64,000 nucleotides of DNA from an uncultured Candidatus Rokubacteria bacterium (GTDB lineage Bacteria > Methylomirabilota > Methylomirabilia > Rokubacteriales > DASRDR01), in contig CAWDVE010000021.1 of assembly GCA_963805625.1 (NCBI GenBank), positions 224,001 through 288,000 on the forward strand, read 5' to 3'. Below, piece after piece: positions 1 to 9,462 of the stretch; position 1 is the stretch's first letter, and every line of letters starts with the position of its first letter. The translations under genes and the position numbers were made by a program. A model generated the notes under the pieces. It did not search any database. It was not told the origin of the DNA and saw nothing but the letters and a program-made list of their open reading frames with translations.

Positions 1-1500
1 CCCGAACCTTGTCCTTGTCGACGACGAGAACCCCGGCCGCGGCAAAGCGCTCAAGGAGCGCGAGGAAGACACGCTCCTCGAGGCTCCCGAGCCGCGTGCG
101 GAGCTCCTCCTTCGACATCCCCGGCTTGAGAGGCTCACGCGCGTGGAAGGCGGCGAGCGCCGCCTCGGCCTCCCGGCGGAGACGCTCCGCTGTCTCCGCG
201 TGGACGTACCACTCCCGGTCGATGACGAAGACGCGCTCGCGCGCCACGAGATCCTGGAGGTACCCGCGGAGCGCTTCGGGGCCAAACGGCGTCCGCGCGC
301 GGAGCTCCGCCGTCCGCACCCCGCCCCCGCCGACACGCTGGATATGGGCCTCGAGGACCGCTGCCGGCGGGCTCGTCTCGAGAGTCCGGAGACGCCCGGT
401 GAGGGCCGGGCTCCGCCGCGCCTTGGGCGGGGCGACATCGAGGAGCTCACCGCCACCGATCGTCACCATCGGGGAATAGCTCCGGATGACGTAGCGGTCG
501 CGGGGCAGCGCCACCACTGGCGTCTCGAGCCGGAGCTGGACGTAGCCGGTCTCGCCCGGCTCGATGGCGGTCTCCCCCAGGGGGTGCACGCGCGCCATGA
601 CCTCGCTCGTCCCGATGTGGAAGCGCACGCGCTGGCGTGTCCGGAGGGGGGCGGGGGCGTCCTCCAAGAGCTCGCACGTGGCGTCGAGCATGTAGGTGGG
701 CTGGAGGAGTCCCGGCAGCGAGAGCACGTCGCCACGCTCGATTGCCGCACGCTCGATTCCCTGGAGGTTCACAGCCGCACGCTGGCCGGCAACGGCCGTC
801 GAGACGGGCTGCCCGTGGGTCTGGATGCCACGCACCTTGGCCTGGAGCCCGTGCGGGTACACCTCGACCCGCTCGTCCAGGGTGAGCTGGCCGGCCGCCA
901 CCGTGCCGGTCACCACCGTGCCGAACCCCCGGATCGTGAAGACGCGGTCGATCGGCAGGCGGAAGGTGGCATCGGTCCCCCGGGGGGGACGGCCCGCGCG
1001 AGGGCGGCGAGCGCCTCGCGCAGCCCCGGCAGCCCCTCGCCCGTCTTGGCCGAGACGGGAAGGATCGGCGCACCGTCGAGGAACGTCCCGCCCAGGAAGC
1101 CCCGGACGTCCTCCTGGACCAGCTCCCGCCACTCGGGCTCGGCCAGATCCGCCTTGGTCAGCACGACGAGCCCGCTCTGGATGCGGAGCAGCTGGCAGAT
1201 CGCGAGATGCTCCCGAGTCTGCGGCATCACCCCCTCGTCCGCCGCGATGATCAGCATGACGAGGTCGATCCCGCCGACCCCCGCCAACATGTTCTTCACG
1301 AACCGCTCGTGCCCGGGGACGTCGACGATGCCAAGCGTCACGCCATCCCCGAGATCGAGGTGGGCGAAGCCGATGTCGATGGTGATGCCGCGCTCTTTCT
1401 CCTCCTTGAGGCGATCGGGATCGATCCCGGTCAGCGCCAGGACCAGGCTCGACTTGCCGTGGTCGATGTGCCCCGCGGTGCCGGCGACGACGTGGCGCAC
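1..1500 (-). CDS. selB: Selenocysteine-specific elongation factor SelB (apparent 1-nt frameshift at about 982; runs off the left edge)
   Basis: N-terminus [11 protein letters not shown]...[10 protein letters not shown]...DVPGHERF...TKAD. After the C7G5 run at 977-988 another frame continues [25 protein letters not shown]. Lies directly downstream of selA. Confidence 0.95.
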
Positions 1501-1510
1501 GGCGGATGGA

Positions 1511-2986
1511 CTAGACGAGCGCCGTCAGGGCGGCGGCGAGGAGTGGCACCTCGTCGTCCATGACGGTCCGGCAGTCCAGCAGCAGACGGTCGGCGGCGAT
1601 GCGGCCGATGACCGGCAGGCGACCCGCCCGGAGCCGCGCGTCCAGCGCCGCGGCCGGGTGTCCGGAGGTACCGAGCACGAGGGTGGCGGTCGGGAGCTCG
1701 GCCAGGGGAAGCGCGCCGCCGCCCACCTCGGACCGGCCGGCCACGACCGCCAGACCGAGGGCCGTGCGGGCAGCCCCCGGCACGCGGTGGAGCACGCGGA
1801 GCGCGCGGCGCCGGACGACGGCCGCCGAGTCACTCAGCATGCGGAGGGTCGGGATCTCGCGCGGCGCGGTCGTCGGGTCCTCGTACGCCCGCAGCGTCGC
1901 CTCGAGCGCCGCCAGAGTGAGCTTGTCGATCCGGAGCGCCCGGTTCAGCGGGTTCTGGCGCAAGCGCTCGATGAGCGCCTGGCGGCCCACGACGATCCCG
2001 GCCTGCGGGCCGCCGAGGAGCTTGTCGCCCGAGAAGGTGACCACGTCAGCGCCGGCGGCGACCGTCTCCGGCACCGTCGGCTCGCGCGGAAGACCCCACG
2101 GCCGGAGGTCGAGGAAGCAACCGGAGCCGAGATCCTCGAGCACCGGAACGCCACGCGCCCGGCCCAGCTCGGCGAGCTCCGCCGTGAGGACACTCTCCGT
2201 AAACCCCACCACCCGGTAGTTCGAGGGATGCACCTTGAGGAGGAGCGCGGTCTCGGGCGTGATTGCGCTCGCGTAGTCGGCGAGGCGCGTCCGGTTCGTC
2301 GTCCCGACCTCGACCAGGCGAGCCCCCGACCGGGCCATGATGTCCGGGATCCGAAAGGCGCCGCCGATCTCGATCAGCTCGCCCCGGGATACCACGACCT
2401 CGCGCCCTCGCGCGAGGGACTCGAGCGCGAGCAAGACGGCCGCGGCGTTGTTGTTGACCACCAGCGAGGCCTCGGCTCCGGAGAGGCGGCAGAGGAGACC
2501 GTCCACGTGCTCGTAGCGCGAGCCGCGCGCCTTCGTGCGAACGTCCAGCTCGAGATTCGAGTACCGGGCGGCGACGAGCGCGAGCCGCGCCAGCGCCGCC
2601 CGACCGAGGGGCGCCCGGCCGAGGTTCGTGTGCAGCACCACCCCGGTCGCGTTGACGACGTGGTCGAGCCCCCACGCCCCGGCCGCGTCGAGCGCGGCGC
2701 GCACGCGCGGCAGGAGCGCCGGGGTCTCGAGCGTGAGCGCGTCGAGCTCGGCCGGCGACGCCGCAGCCAGCACCGCCCGGCGCCGCTCCGCGAGGACCGT
2801 CCGCACGGCGTCGACCACACGCGTGCGTGACGCGGCCGGCCGGCCGTCGAGCGCCCGGACTACCTCGTCGACCGAAGGGAGCGCGCGGAGCCGGCCCCGC
2901 CGGCGGGCCGTGAACCCGTCCGGCCCGTCGGCGCCCGGCGTCGCGCCGGCCGCCGGACGCCGGGGCGCGGAGCGCGGGCCAGCCAT
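1511..2986 (-). CDS. selA: L-seryl-tRNA(Sec) selenium transferase
   Basis: [41 protein letters not shown] and [13 protein letters not shown] (PLP lysine). ATG at 2986. Confidence 0.97.
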   Translation of the reverse strand: MAGPRSAPRRPAAGATPGADGPDGFTARRRGRLRALPSVDEVVRALDGRPAASRTRVVDAVRTVLAERRRAVLAAASPAELDALTLETPALLPRVRAALDAAGAWGLDHVVNATGVVLHTNLGRAPLGRAALARLALVAARYSNLELDVRTKARGSRYEHVDGLLCRLSGAEASLVVNNNAAAVLLALESLARGREVVVSRGELIEIGGAFRIPDIMARSGARLVEVGTTNRTRLADYASAITPETALLLKVHPSNYRVVGFTESVLTAELAELGRARGVPVLEDLGSGCFLDLRPWGLPREPTVPETVAAGADVVTFSGDKLLGGPQAGIVVGRQALIERLRQNPLNRALRIDKLTLAALEATLRAYEDPTTAPREIPTLRMLSDSAAVVRRRALRVLHRVPGAARTALGLAVVAGRSEVGGGALPLAELPTATLVLGTSGHPAAALDARLRAGRLPVIGRIAADRLLLDCRTVMDDEVPLLAAALTALV

Positions 2987-2987
2987 G

Positions 2988-3476
2988 TCAGGGCCTGAGC
3001 AGCGTCCGCACGGTATCGAGCAGGTTCGCCTCCCAGCGACCGGTCGAGGCACACGGGAGCCCCGACCGGGGCCTGGGCGGCCCGCTGCCCCGGGTGTACG
3101 TGTCCGTCCGCATCCGCGTGTTCACCTGGACCGCGGTCTGCGCGGCCGACACAGCCTCTACGAAGATCGTGAACGCGACCTGCGCGTCGCCCTCGACGCG
3201 CTCGTCCCCGAAGCGACCGCAGTCCGCGTAGAGGCCGATGGTTGTCGGCACCGCCTCGGAGGCGATCACGCCCGAATCCCGCGCGATGGTCCGGATCTGC
3301 ACGTTCTCCCGCGCGAGCGCCCGGACGAGCGCCCGCCACACGGCGTCGTAGGGCGCCTCGATCTGCTCCGTGTACGCGGTCGGCAGGACCGGGGCCACGT
3401 AGGCGCGGCTACAGCCCGCGAGCGCCAGGAGCGCCATCGCCCCGATGAGCGTGCGCGCGTCGCCGCGTCGTCTCAT
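2988..3476 (-). CDS. Putative lipoprotein of unknown function
   Basis: Basic N-terminus, hydrophobic stretch and lipobox LALAG-C. Stop lies 1 nt before the selA ATG. Confidence 0.75.
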   Translation of the reverse strand: MRRRGDARTLIGAMALLALAGCSRAYVAPVLPTAYTEQIEAPYDAVWRALVRALARENVQIRTIARDSGVIASEAVPTTIGLYADCGRFGDERVEGDAQVAFTIFVEAVSAAQTAVQVNTRMRTDTYTRGSGPPRPRSGLPCASTGRWEANLLDTVRTLLRP

Positions 3477-3480
3477 CTCG

Positions 3481-4071
3481 TCAGCGCGGGTGGTGGTCGA
3501 TGCCGCGATACGCCTCGATGAAGCGCACCACCCGGCGCTCGTCCAGCTCGTCCAGCTTGTCGATGCGCGTCCACGCCGTCAGCGCGATGCAGCGATCGAG
3601 CGTCGGGTAGGGGGACAGGACCACGCGGTCCGGATAGCGATCCACGATCGCGCGGAGCCCGGCCTGGACCTGCTCCGCGCACTGGGGCTTGTAGCTCACC
3701 ACCACGCCGCCGTCCTCGAGGTTGTGCACCTGGAGCTCCTTGGCGATCGGCCGCGCGTGGACGCCCCAGGGGGCGATGTACGGCAGATGCGGCCCCGACG
3801 TCGGGGGGTCCGAATTGTAGGCGACGTGCGGGGTCTCGGACGTCGGGATGTGGTCGTTGCCGAGGCTCGGAACGAACTCCCCCGGAATCGGTCCGCGGGC
3901 ACGCGCGTACAGCCAGCCGCCCATGCCGACGACGACCAGGATCGCAACGGCCGCTGCCGCCCAGCCGAGCCGCCGGCGCTGGCGGCGCGTCAGCGCGAAG
4001 CGCGACGCCGGCGCCGGGCCGGCCGGCCGGCCCCCGACTCGCTTCGGTTGTCCCTTACGCGCTTTGGCCAT
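3481..4071 (-). CDS. DUF3105-family membrane-anchored protein
   Basis: One TM helix followed by YNSDPPTSGPH...VHNLEDGGVVVSY...ALTAW, typical of DUF3105. Confidence 0.8.
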   Translation of the reverse strand: MAKARKGQPKRVGGRPAGPAPASRFALTRRQRRRLGWAAAAVAILVVVGMGGWLYARARGPIPGEFVPSLGNDHIPTSETPHVAYNSDPPTSGPHLPYIAPWGVHARPIAKELQVHNLEDGGVVVSYKPQCAEQVQAGLRAIVDRYPDRVVLSPYPTLDRCIALTAWTRIDKLDELDERRVVRFIEAYRGIDHHPR

Positions 4072-4126
4072 CTTCTCCCCGTCCCTCCGCGATCTGCGAC
4101 GCCCGCGCTCCCGCCCCGCCCGGCCA

Positions 4127-4224
4127 TGGCGGAAGCGCGTGGGAGTCGAACCCACCTCGAGCTTGTCTAGAACCCGACACCGGATTTGAAGTCCGGGAGG
4201 CCCACCGGGATCCTATGCGCTTCC
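4127..4224 (-). tRNA. selC: tRNA-Sec (anticodon UCA)
   Basis: GGAAGCGC/GCGCTTCC 8-bp acceptor stem, anticodon loop CTTCAAA, long variable arm, T-arm GTGGG-TTCGACT-CCCAC and a GCCA end; 98 nt. Confidence 0.97.
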
Positions 4225-4247
4225 GATCCGGGAAATCGAGTAAATCG

Positions 4248-4256
4248 AGTGTATCA
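4248..4256 (-). promoter_or_regulatory. Putative extended -10 promoter for selC
   Basis: TGA-TACACT (TGn plus -10) about 25 nt upstream of the tRNA 5' end. Confidence 0.5.
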
Positions 4257-4319
4257 CCGCGGATGGCGCCGGGGCACGGGGCCCAGCCCTCGCCGGGCTT
4301 CCCAGGGGCGCCGTCCCGA

Positions 4320-4559
4320 CTAGCCGCCGGCGAGGGGCGGGAGGAGGTCCACGACGTCGCCGGGGCTGAGCCGCGCCGTGGATTCGACGTCGCGGCCGTT
4401 CACCAGGAGCAGGCGTGGGACCTCGTCGGGAATGCGGAGCCGGCGGAGAAGATCGCGGACGGTCGCGCCCTCCGGCAGCTCGACGCGGGCCGCGCCTCCG
4501 CGGGTGCCCGGCGGCCCGTAGTCGGCCAGATTCGCGAAGAGGTGGACCTCGACCTCCAC
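4320..4559 (-). CDS. MoaD/ThiS-family ubiquitin-like sulfur carrier
   Basis: 79 aa beta-grasp pattern (VHLFA...TVRDLL...LLVNG...LSPGDVVDLLPPLAGG) with C-terminal GG. Confidence 0.9.
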   Translation of the reverse strand: MEVEVHLFANLADYGPPGTRGGAARVELPEGATVRDLLRRLRIPDEVPRLLLVNGRDVESTARLSPGDVVDLLPPLAGG

Positions 4560-4581
4560 GGGGCCGGAGCGCGCGGCGGCG

Positions 4582-5916
4582 TCAGGCGCCGTAGACCTTC
4601 CGCAACTCCGCCGCCGCCCACTTGACCGCGTCCTCCGGGGTCGCGCCCTGGAGGCTCCGCGCGAACATGTCGACGAGGATGAACTTCGACAGCGCTTCGG
4701 TCGCCTTCCGGCCCGCCGGCCCCGCGTACCCCACCTGCCGCGCCGACTGGAGCGTTTCGCGGAAGACGGTGGTTTTCGGATCCTTCGTCCAAAGTGGGTG
4801 GTCGAAGTAAGCCTTCGTTCCCGGGATGCCGAAGGTGTCCATCGTCTCGAAGTACTTGTCGTACTGGGCGCGGTCCATGTAGAAGCGGATGAAGTCCCTG
4901 GCGAGCGGCTGGTTCTTCGAGTACTTCATCACGCAGCTGTTCCAGGCCGGCAGCCAGTAGAAGCGCCCCGCCGGGCCCGGAGGGAAGTGGCCGTGGCTGG
5001 TACCCCGATAGACGTCGGGGGCCTGCTTCCGGGCGGCCACGTAGATGCTCGGCGCGTTGCCGGTCAGCGAGATGTCCGAGGCGAGGAACGCGCGGTTGTT
5101 GTTCGAGTCGTCCCACCCGAGGCCGCCCTCGTCGAAGACCTCTTTCCAGAGGACGTTGTTGAACTTGATCGCCTCGACGACGGCCTTCCCGTCGAGGATG
5201 ACCGTCTTCCCGTCCTTGTCGACCTCCATCCCGCCCCACATCCACACGAGGGGATAGCACCAGTTGTTCGGGTCGTTGATGCTGTGGCCGAACGCCTGGC
5301 CGAAGGGCCTGCCCTTCGCTTTCAGGGCCCGCCCCGCCGCCCGGAACTCGTCCCACGTGTCGGGGTACTTGAGGCCCTGTTCCTTGAACCAGTCCTCGCG
5401 GTATGTGATCGCCCACGAGATGATGAACTGCGGCACGCCGATCCAGCGCCCGCCCGCGACCGTGTTGACCTTAGCGTAGTCGTACCAGCCGCCCTGCCGC
5501 CGCCCGATCTCCTCGGCCACGTCGGACACGTCGGCCAGCGCGGCCTCGTAGAGGAGAGCGTGGTTGTTCGCGATGATGATGATGTCGGCCCCCGTCTGGG
5601 CCTGGACGGCCGCTGTGACGCGGGCCTGAATGTCGTTCTGGTTGATCCGTTCGACCTGGACCTGCACACCGGCCTGCTTCGCGAACTCGGCCGCCTGCTG
5701 GTCGAAGAGGACGTCCGCCGCCTGGACGAAGTGCGACCACTGGAGGAGGTGGAGCCGGGTGCCCCGGGGCGCAGCCGGAGCCTGAGCGTGGGCAAGGATG
5801 CCGGGGAGGCCGCTGGCCGCCACCGCGGCGCCGGTCGTCGCGACCGCACCGCCCAGCCAGGTGCGCCGGGTGATGGCTTGTGGGCTCGTCGGCTCCCGTC
5901 GGTCGTCGCGTGTCAT
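4582..5916 (-). CDS. ABC transporter solute-binding protein (carbohydrate/family 1-like), Tat-exported
   Basis: Tat motif TRRTWLG and an AHA-Q cleavage site; YREDWF...PDTWDEF pattern of family 1 binding proteins. Confidence 0.85.
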   Translation of the reverse strand: MTRDDRREPTSPQAITRRTWLGGAVATTGAAVAASGLPGILAHAQAPAAPRGTRLHLLQWSHFVQAADVLFDQQAAEFAKQAGVQVQVERINQNDIQARVTAAVQAQTGADIIIIANNHALLYEAALADVSDVAEEIGRRQGGWYDYAKVNTVAGGRWIGVPQFIISWAITYREDWFKEQGLKYPDTWDEFRAAGRALKAKGRPFGQAFGHSINDPNNWCYPLVWMWGGMEVDKDGKTVILDGKAVVEAIKFNNVLWKEVFDEGGLGWDDSNNNRAFLASDISLTGNAPSIYVAARKQAPDVYRGTSHGHFPPGPAGRFYWLPAWNSCVMKYSKNQPLARDFIRFYMDRAQYDKYFETMDTFGIPGTKAYFDHPLWTKDPKTTVFRETLQSARQVGYAGPAGRKATEALSKFILVDMFARSLQGATPEDAVKWAAAELRKVYGA

Positions 5917-6053
5917 GGCGGGCCCTCCTCGCGTGGTGAAGTGCCAAGCGGCCGAGCGCCGGGATCCCGGTCCGGCGCCGTGCCAAGTCATTGTGCGACA
6001 GAGCCTCCCCCGGGGGAAGCCGGGGGGCCAGACCGGCGCGAGCGCTGAGGGAG

Positions 6054-7550
6054 CTAGGGCGAGGTCAGCCGGAGCCGCGCGCCCACAGCCAGCGGATCAT
6101 CGAGGTCGATCCCGTTCAGCCGGGCCAGGGCTTGCGGCGTGACTCGATGGCGGGCGGCGATGGCCCAGAGCGTGTCCCCCCTGCGGACGACGACTTCGCG
6201 GGGGACGCCGGGCGCGGTCGCGGCGGAGGCCACGGCGACGGCGCTCGGCCCGGCAACCGCCGGCACGACTAGCTCCCGGATCCCTCGCAGCCGTTCTCCG
6301 GACAGGTGGTTGAGCTCGCTCAGGCGCTGGATCGTCACCCGATACAGCCGCGCGATCTCGGCAAGCGACTGGTTACGCCCGATCCGGTGCACGACCCACG
6401 TGGGGAGACTGGCCGGCGGCGCGGCCTGGAGCGCGGCGTCGAACCGGGGACCGGCGCCGGGCGGCAACCGGAGCGTGTAGCTCCCGAAGGGCGGCGTGAT
6501 CCGGGCGAGCAGGGCCGGATTCAGGTCGCGGATCTGCTCGACGGAAACACCCGCAAGCCCCGCGATCGTGTCGAAGTCGAGCGCGCGCCGGGTGGTGACC
6601 TCATCGTACGCGAGCGGAGCCTCGAGCGTGACGTCGAAGCCATAGCGCGTGGGAGCACGCGTGATCACCGCCGCGGCGAGAATCTGCGGGACGAAGAGCT
6701 TGGTCTCGTCAGGCAGATGCCGCGTCTGGGTCAGGGCCCAGAAGTCGCTCGTCCGGGCGCGCTGGATCGCCCGCCCCACGCGGGCCTCGCCCGCGTTGTA
6801 GCCCGCCTGGGCCAGGAACCAGTGACCGAACAGGCCGTAGAGATCACCGAGGTACTCGGCGGCCGCTATCGTGGACTTCACTGGATCGAGACGCTCGTCC
6901 AGCCAGCGGTCGATGACGAGACCGTAGCGCCGCCCCGTGGCCTCCATGAACTGCCACATCCCCTTGGCGCCGACCCGCGAGACCGCTCGGGGCGAGAATC
7001 CGGACTCGATCATCGCCGTGTATGCGAGCTCCTCCGGCAGCCCGCGGTCCCGGAAGATTCGCTGGATCATGGGCAGATAGCGGCCCGACCGTGAGATCCA
7101 CATGCCGAACCGCTCGCGGTCCTTGGCGACGAACTGGTCGATCAGCGCTTCCACCGGGGCATTGACCACCACCGGATAGGTGGGCACCGGCAGGCCGGGC
7201 GGCACCCGGACCGTCGTGTCGGCCCAGGGATCATTCGAGCGCTCGTCGGGGCCGGCTAGGGCCGGGAAGGCGGGGCGAATTTTCACACCGAGCCCACCAT
7301 CCGGCTCGCCCTCCGCCAGCTCTTCTTCCTCCGCCTCCTCCTGAACCCTGGGCGGCTCGGCTAGCGACTGGGTCGGGAGCCGCGGCGGGGCCGGGGGCTC
7401 TGGGACTGCGGCGAGCCGGTACCTATCGGGACCGGCTACATCCGGGGCGGCCTGGGCGAGCGCGCCGAACGCACAGGTTCCCCCTATCGCGGTGGCCAAG
7501 GCCACCCCGATAAGCCACGACCTGCTCCACCACCACAGTTGCACCCTCAT
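6054..7550 (-). CDS. mltD: MltD-like lytic transglycosylase with LysM domains
   Basis: AMIESGF (catalytic Glu), GAKGMWQFM, AGYNAG, ETKLFVP and two C-terminal LysM repeats (GDTLWAIA). Confidence 0.9.
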   Translation of the reverse strand: MRVQLWWWSRSWLIGVALATAIGGTCAFGALAQAAPDVAGPDRYRLAAVPEPPAPPRLPTQSLAEPPRVQEEAEEEELAEGEPDGGLGVKIRPAFPALAGPDERSNDPWADTTVRVPPGLPVPTYPVVVNAPVEALIDQFVAKDRERFGMWISRSGRYLPMIQRIFRDRGLPEELAYTAMIESGFSPRAVSRVGAKGMWQFMEATGRRYGLVIDRWLDERLDPVKSTIAAAEYLGDLYGLFGHWFLAQAGYNAGEARVGRAIQRARTSDFWALTQTRHLPDETKLFVPQILAAAVITRAPTRYGFDVTLEAPLAYDEVTTRRALDFDTIAGLAGVSVEQIRDLNPALLARITPPFGSYTLRLPPGAGPRFDAALQAAPPASLPTWVVHRIGRNQSLAEIARLYRVTIQRLSELNHLSGERLRGIRELVVPAVAGPSAVAVASAATAPGVPREVVVRRGDTLWAIAARHRVTPQALARLNGIDLDDPLAVGARLRLTSP

Positions 7551-7589
7551 GTAATCGAGACGGAGAACGGCGGGACTACGAGTCGCGCC

Positions 7590-7619
7590 TTTTTAGCACG
7601 CGCTCCGGGCTGGTGTCAA
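7590..7619 (-). promoter_or_regulatory. Putative sigma70 promoter of mltD
   Basis: TTGACA-18 nt-TAAAAA with a TGn extension, in an AT-richer intergenic region. Confidence 0.5.
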
Positions 7620-7704
7620 CCCTAAAACGCCAACTGCTCGATTCCTAAGTGACCGCCGCTAAAGGCGAACAGGTCGAAGCGCCCTCAATCGGCCGACGGG
7701 AGAT

Positions 7705-8544
7705 CTAGCGGAGCGGGCCCACGAGCCACCGGGCGCGGTCGGTCAGGTTCAGGCCCACGCGCTCCCCCGCCACCACCCGGACGCGCGTCACCCAGAGCTC
7801 CGCCTCCTTTGCGAGACTGGCCGTACGCGGGAGGAACTGCTGGGTGCGGCTGGTCTGCCGGGGTCTGGGCTCAGCCCGGAGTTTCTCCGCCGCGTACGGC
7901 GCGACGCGGATCGCGACAACCAGCCAGTCGCCCGACGGCACCGCGGCGAACGCGAACAGCCCGGCCGGGTCCGTCTTCTCACGCCAGGGGTGCGGGGGCT
8001 CCCCGGGCTCCTGGGGGCCGCCGCCCGGCACGGCCGTCCCCCCGGGACGCGCCGTGAGGCCACCCGGGCGGAAGAAGCCAGGCTCGGGGGGAACGGGTGG
8101 CTTGGCGACCCGCGGAGCCGCCACGAGGGGCGGCTCCGCGACCAGGCCTTGCCCCGGCGAAAGCGGCGGCGCCGTCTGGCGATCGATCCGACCCTGGTGG
8201 GCGGCGAGCGCCGTCCGAACCCGTACCACCGCGGACTCGTACTGGGCGGCGGATGTCCGCGCGCTCTGCCGGATCCGCTCGAGGTCCGTGATGAGGGCGG
8301 GCGTGGCCGGGTAGAGCGTGACCTCGACCCCGCCGAGCGGCGTCCAGGCCCCCACGGGGGATTCCTCTTCGGTGGCGAGGCGGCCCCACACCAGCCCCGG
8401 CGGCCCCAGGCTTCGGAGCGCCTCGGTCAGCTCGGCGGCCGGATCCTCGCCGACGGCCCCGGCTCCCCCGGGGGCTCCGGCCATCCCGAGCGCGAAGAGC
8501 ACCGCCCCGAGCGCCAGCGCGCCCATCGGTCGGCGGCGGCTCAC
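7705..8544 (-). CDS. Hypothetical exported protein
   Basis: GTG overlaps the lpxL stop (alternative ATG at 8526). Signal-peptide-like N-terminus, Pro-rich linker and TDPAGLFAFAAVPSGDWLVV (prealbumin/carboxypeptidase-regulatory-like beta motif). Confidence 0.65.
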   Translation of the reverse strand: MSRRRPMGALALGAVLFALGMAGAPGGAGAVGEDPAAELTEALRSLGPPGLVWGRLATEEESPVGAWTPLGGVEVTLYPATPALITDLERIRQSARTSAAQYESAVVRVRTALAAHQGRIDRQTAPPLSPGQGLVAEPPLVAAPRVAKPPVPPEPGFFRPGGLTARPGGTAVPGGGPQEPGEPPHPWREKTDPAGLFAFAAVPSGDWLVVAIRVAPYAAEKLRAEPRPRQTSRTQQFLPRTASLAKEAELWVTRVRVVAGERVGLNLTDRARWLVGPLR

Positions 8545-9458
8545 GCGGGCCGGCTCTTCCAGCGCCGGTGGACCCAGAACCACTGCTCGGGGTGGGCCAG
8601 GACGTGGCGTTCGATCGCCTCCGTGTAGCGCGCCGTGTTCACCTCGATATCGTGATCGAGGTCGCCCGTGATGGCCAGCGGAATCTCGGGATCGAGGACG
8701 AGCTCGTGGCCGCCGTCGGGGAGCCGGTGGATGAACGCCGGCACGACCGGCGCCCGGGTCTTGATGGCGAGCACCGCCAGGGCCCGGGACGTCGAGGCCG
8801 GATGACCGAGGAAGGGCACGAACACACCATCCCGACCGGCATCCTGGTCGAGCAGGATGCCGATGCACTCCCCGCGAGCGAGGGCCGCGCGGACGCCCTG
8901 CACCGCATCGCGCTTGGAGATGGCGCGGAGGCCGCTCCGCTCGCGGGCCCGCGCGATCAGGGCTTCGAGGTATGGGTTGTCGAGGGGCCGCACGACGACG
9001 CTCAGGCCGAAGCCCGCCTGCCCGTGCGTGGCGGCCAGGAGCTCCCAGTTGCCGAAGTGGCCGGTCAGGAAGAAGACGCCCCGCCCGTGGGCCATCGCCT
9101 GCCCGATGTACTCCATCCCGTGGCCACGCACCCGACCGAGCAGGCGCTCCGTGGGACCGAAGAAGAGCCGGCAGCACTCCATGGCCGTGATGCCGAGGTG
9201 CTCGAAGCACTGGCGCGCGAGCGTCGCCCGGGCCACCGGGGACAGGGTGTCGCCGTACACGAGCGTGATGTTGTCCAGCGCGACGCGGCGCCGGCCCCGC
9301 AAGACCCAGTACGCGACCCGACCGAGGCCGGCCCCGAGACCCTGCGCCAGCCCGAGCGGCAGGCGACCCACGAGCCCGCCGACCAGGCCGACCAGCGCTG
9401 CGACCAGACGCTGGCCGGCGCGGCGCCAGAGCGAGGCGGGTCGCCGGCGCCGTCCCAC
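8541..9458 (-). CDS. lpxL: Lipid A biosynthesis acyltransferase (LpxL/HtrB family)
   Basis: GHFGNWE, ILLDQD, FVPFLG and PEQWFWVHRRWK. Confidence 0.9.
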   Translation of the reverse strand: MGRRRRPASLWRRAGQRLVAALVGLVGGLVGRLPLGLAQGLGAGLGRVAYWVLRGRRRVALDNITLVYGDTLSPVARATLARQCFEHLGITAMECCRLFFGPTERLLGRVRGHGMEYIGQAMAHGRGVFFLTGHFGNWELLAATHGQAGFGLSVVVRPLDNPYLEALIARARERSGLRAISKRDAVQGVRAALARGECIGILLDQDAGRDGVFVPFLGHPASTSRALAVLAIKTRAPVVPAFIHRLPDGGHELVLDPEIPLAITGDLDHDIEVNTARYTEAIERHVLAHPEQWFWVHRRWKSRPA

Positions 9459-9462
9459 GGGC

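Noticed and set aside
143-2830. 895-aa plus-strand ORF and the many other long antisense or alternate-frame ORFs (for example 11975-14980, 26223-28646, 43605-46088)
   Set aside because: Shadow ORFs of real genes in very GC-rich DNA; Arg/Pro/Gly-rich and without motifs.
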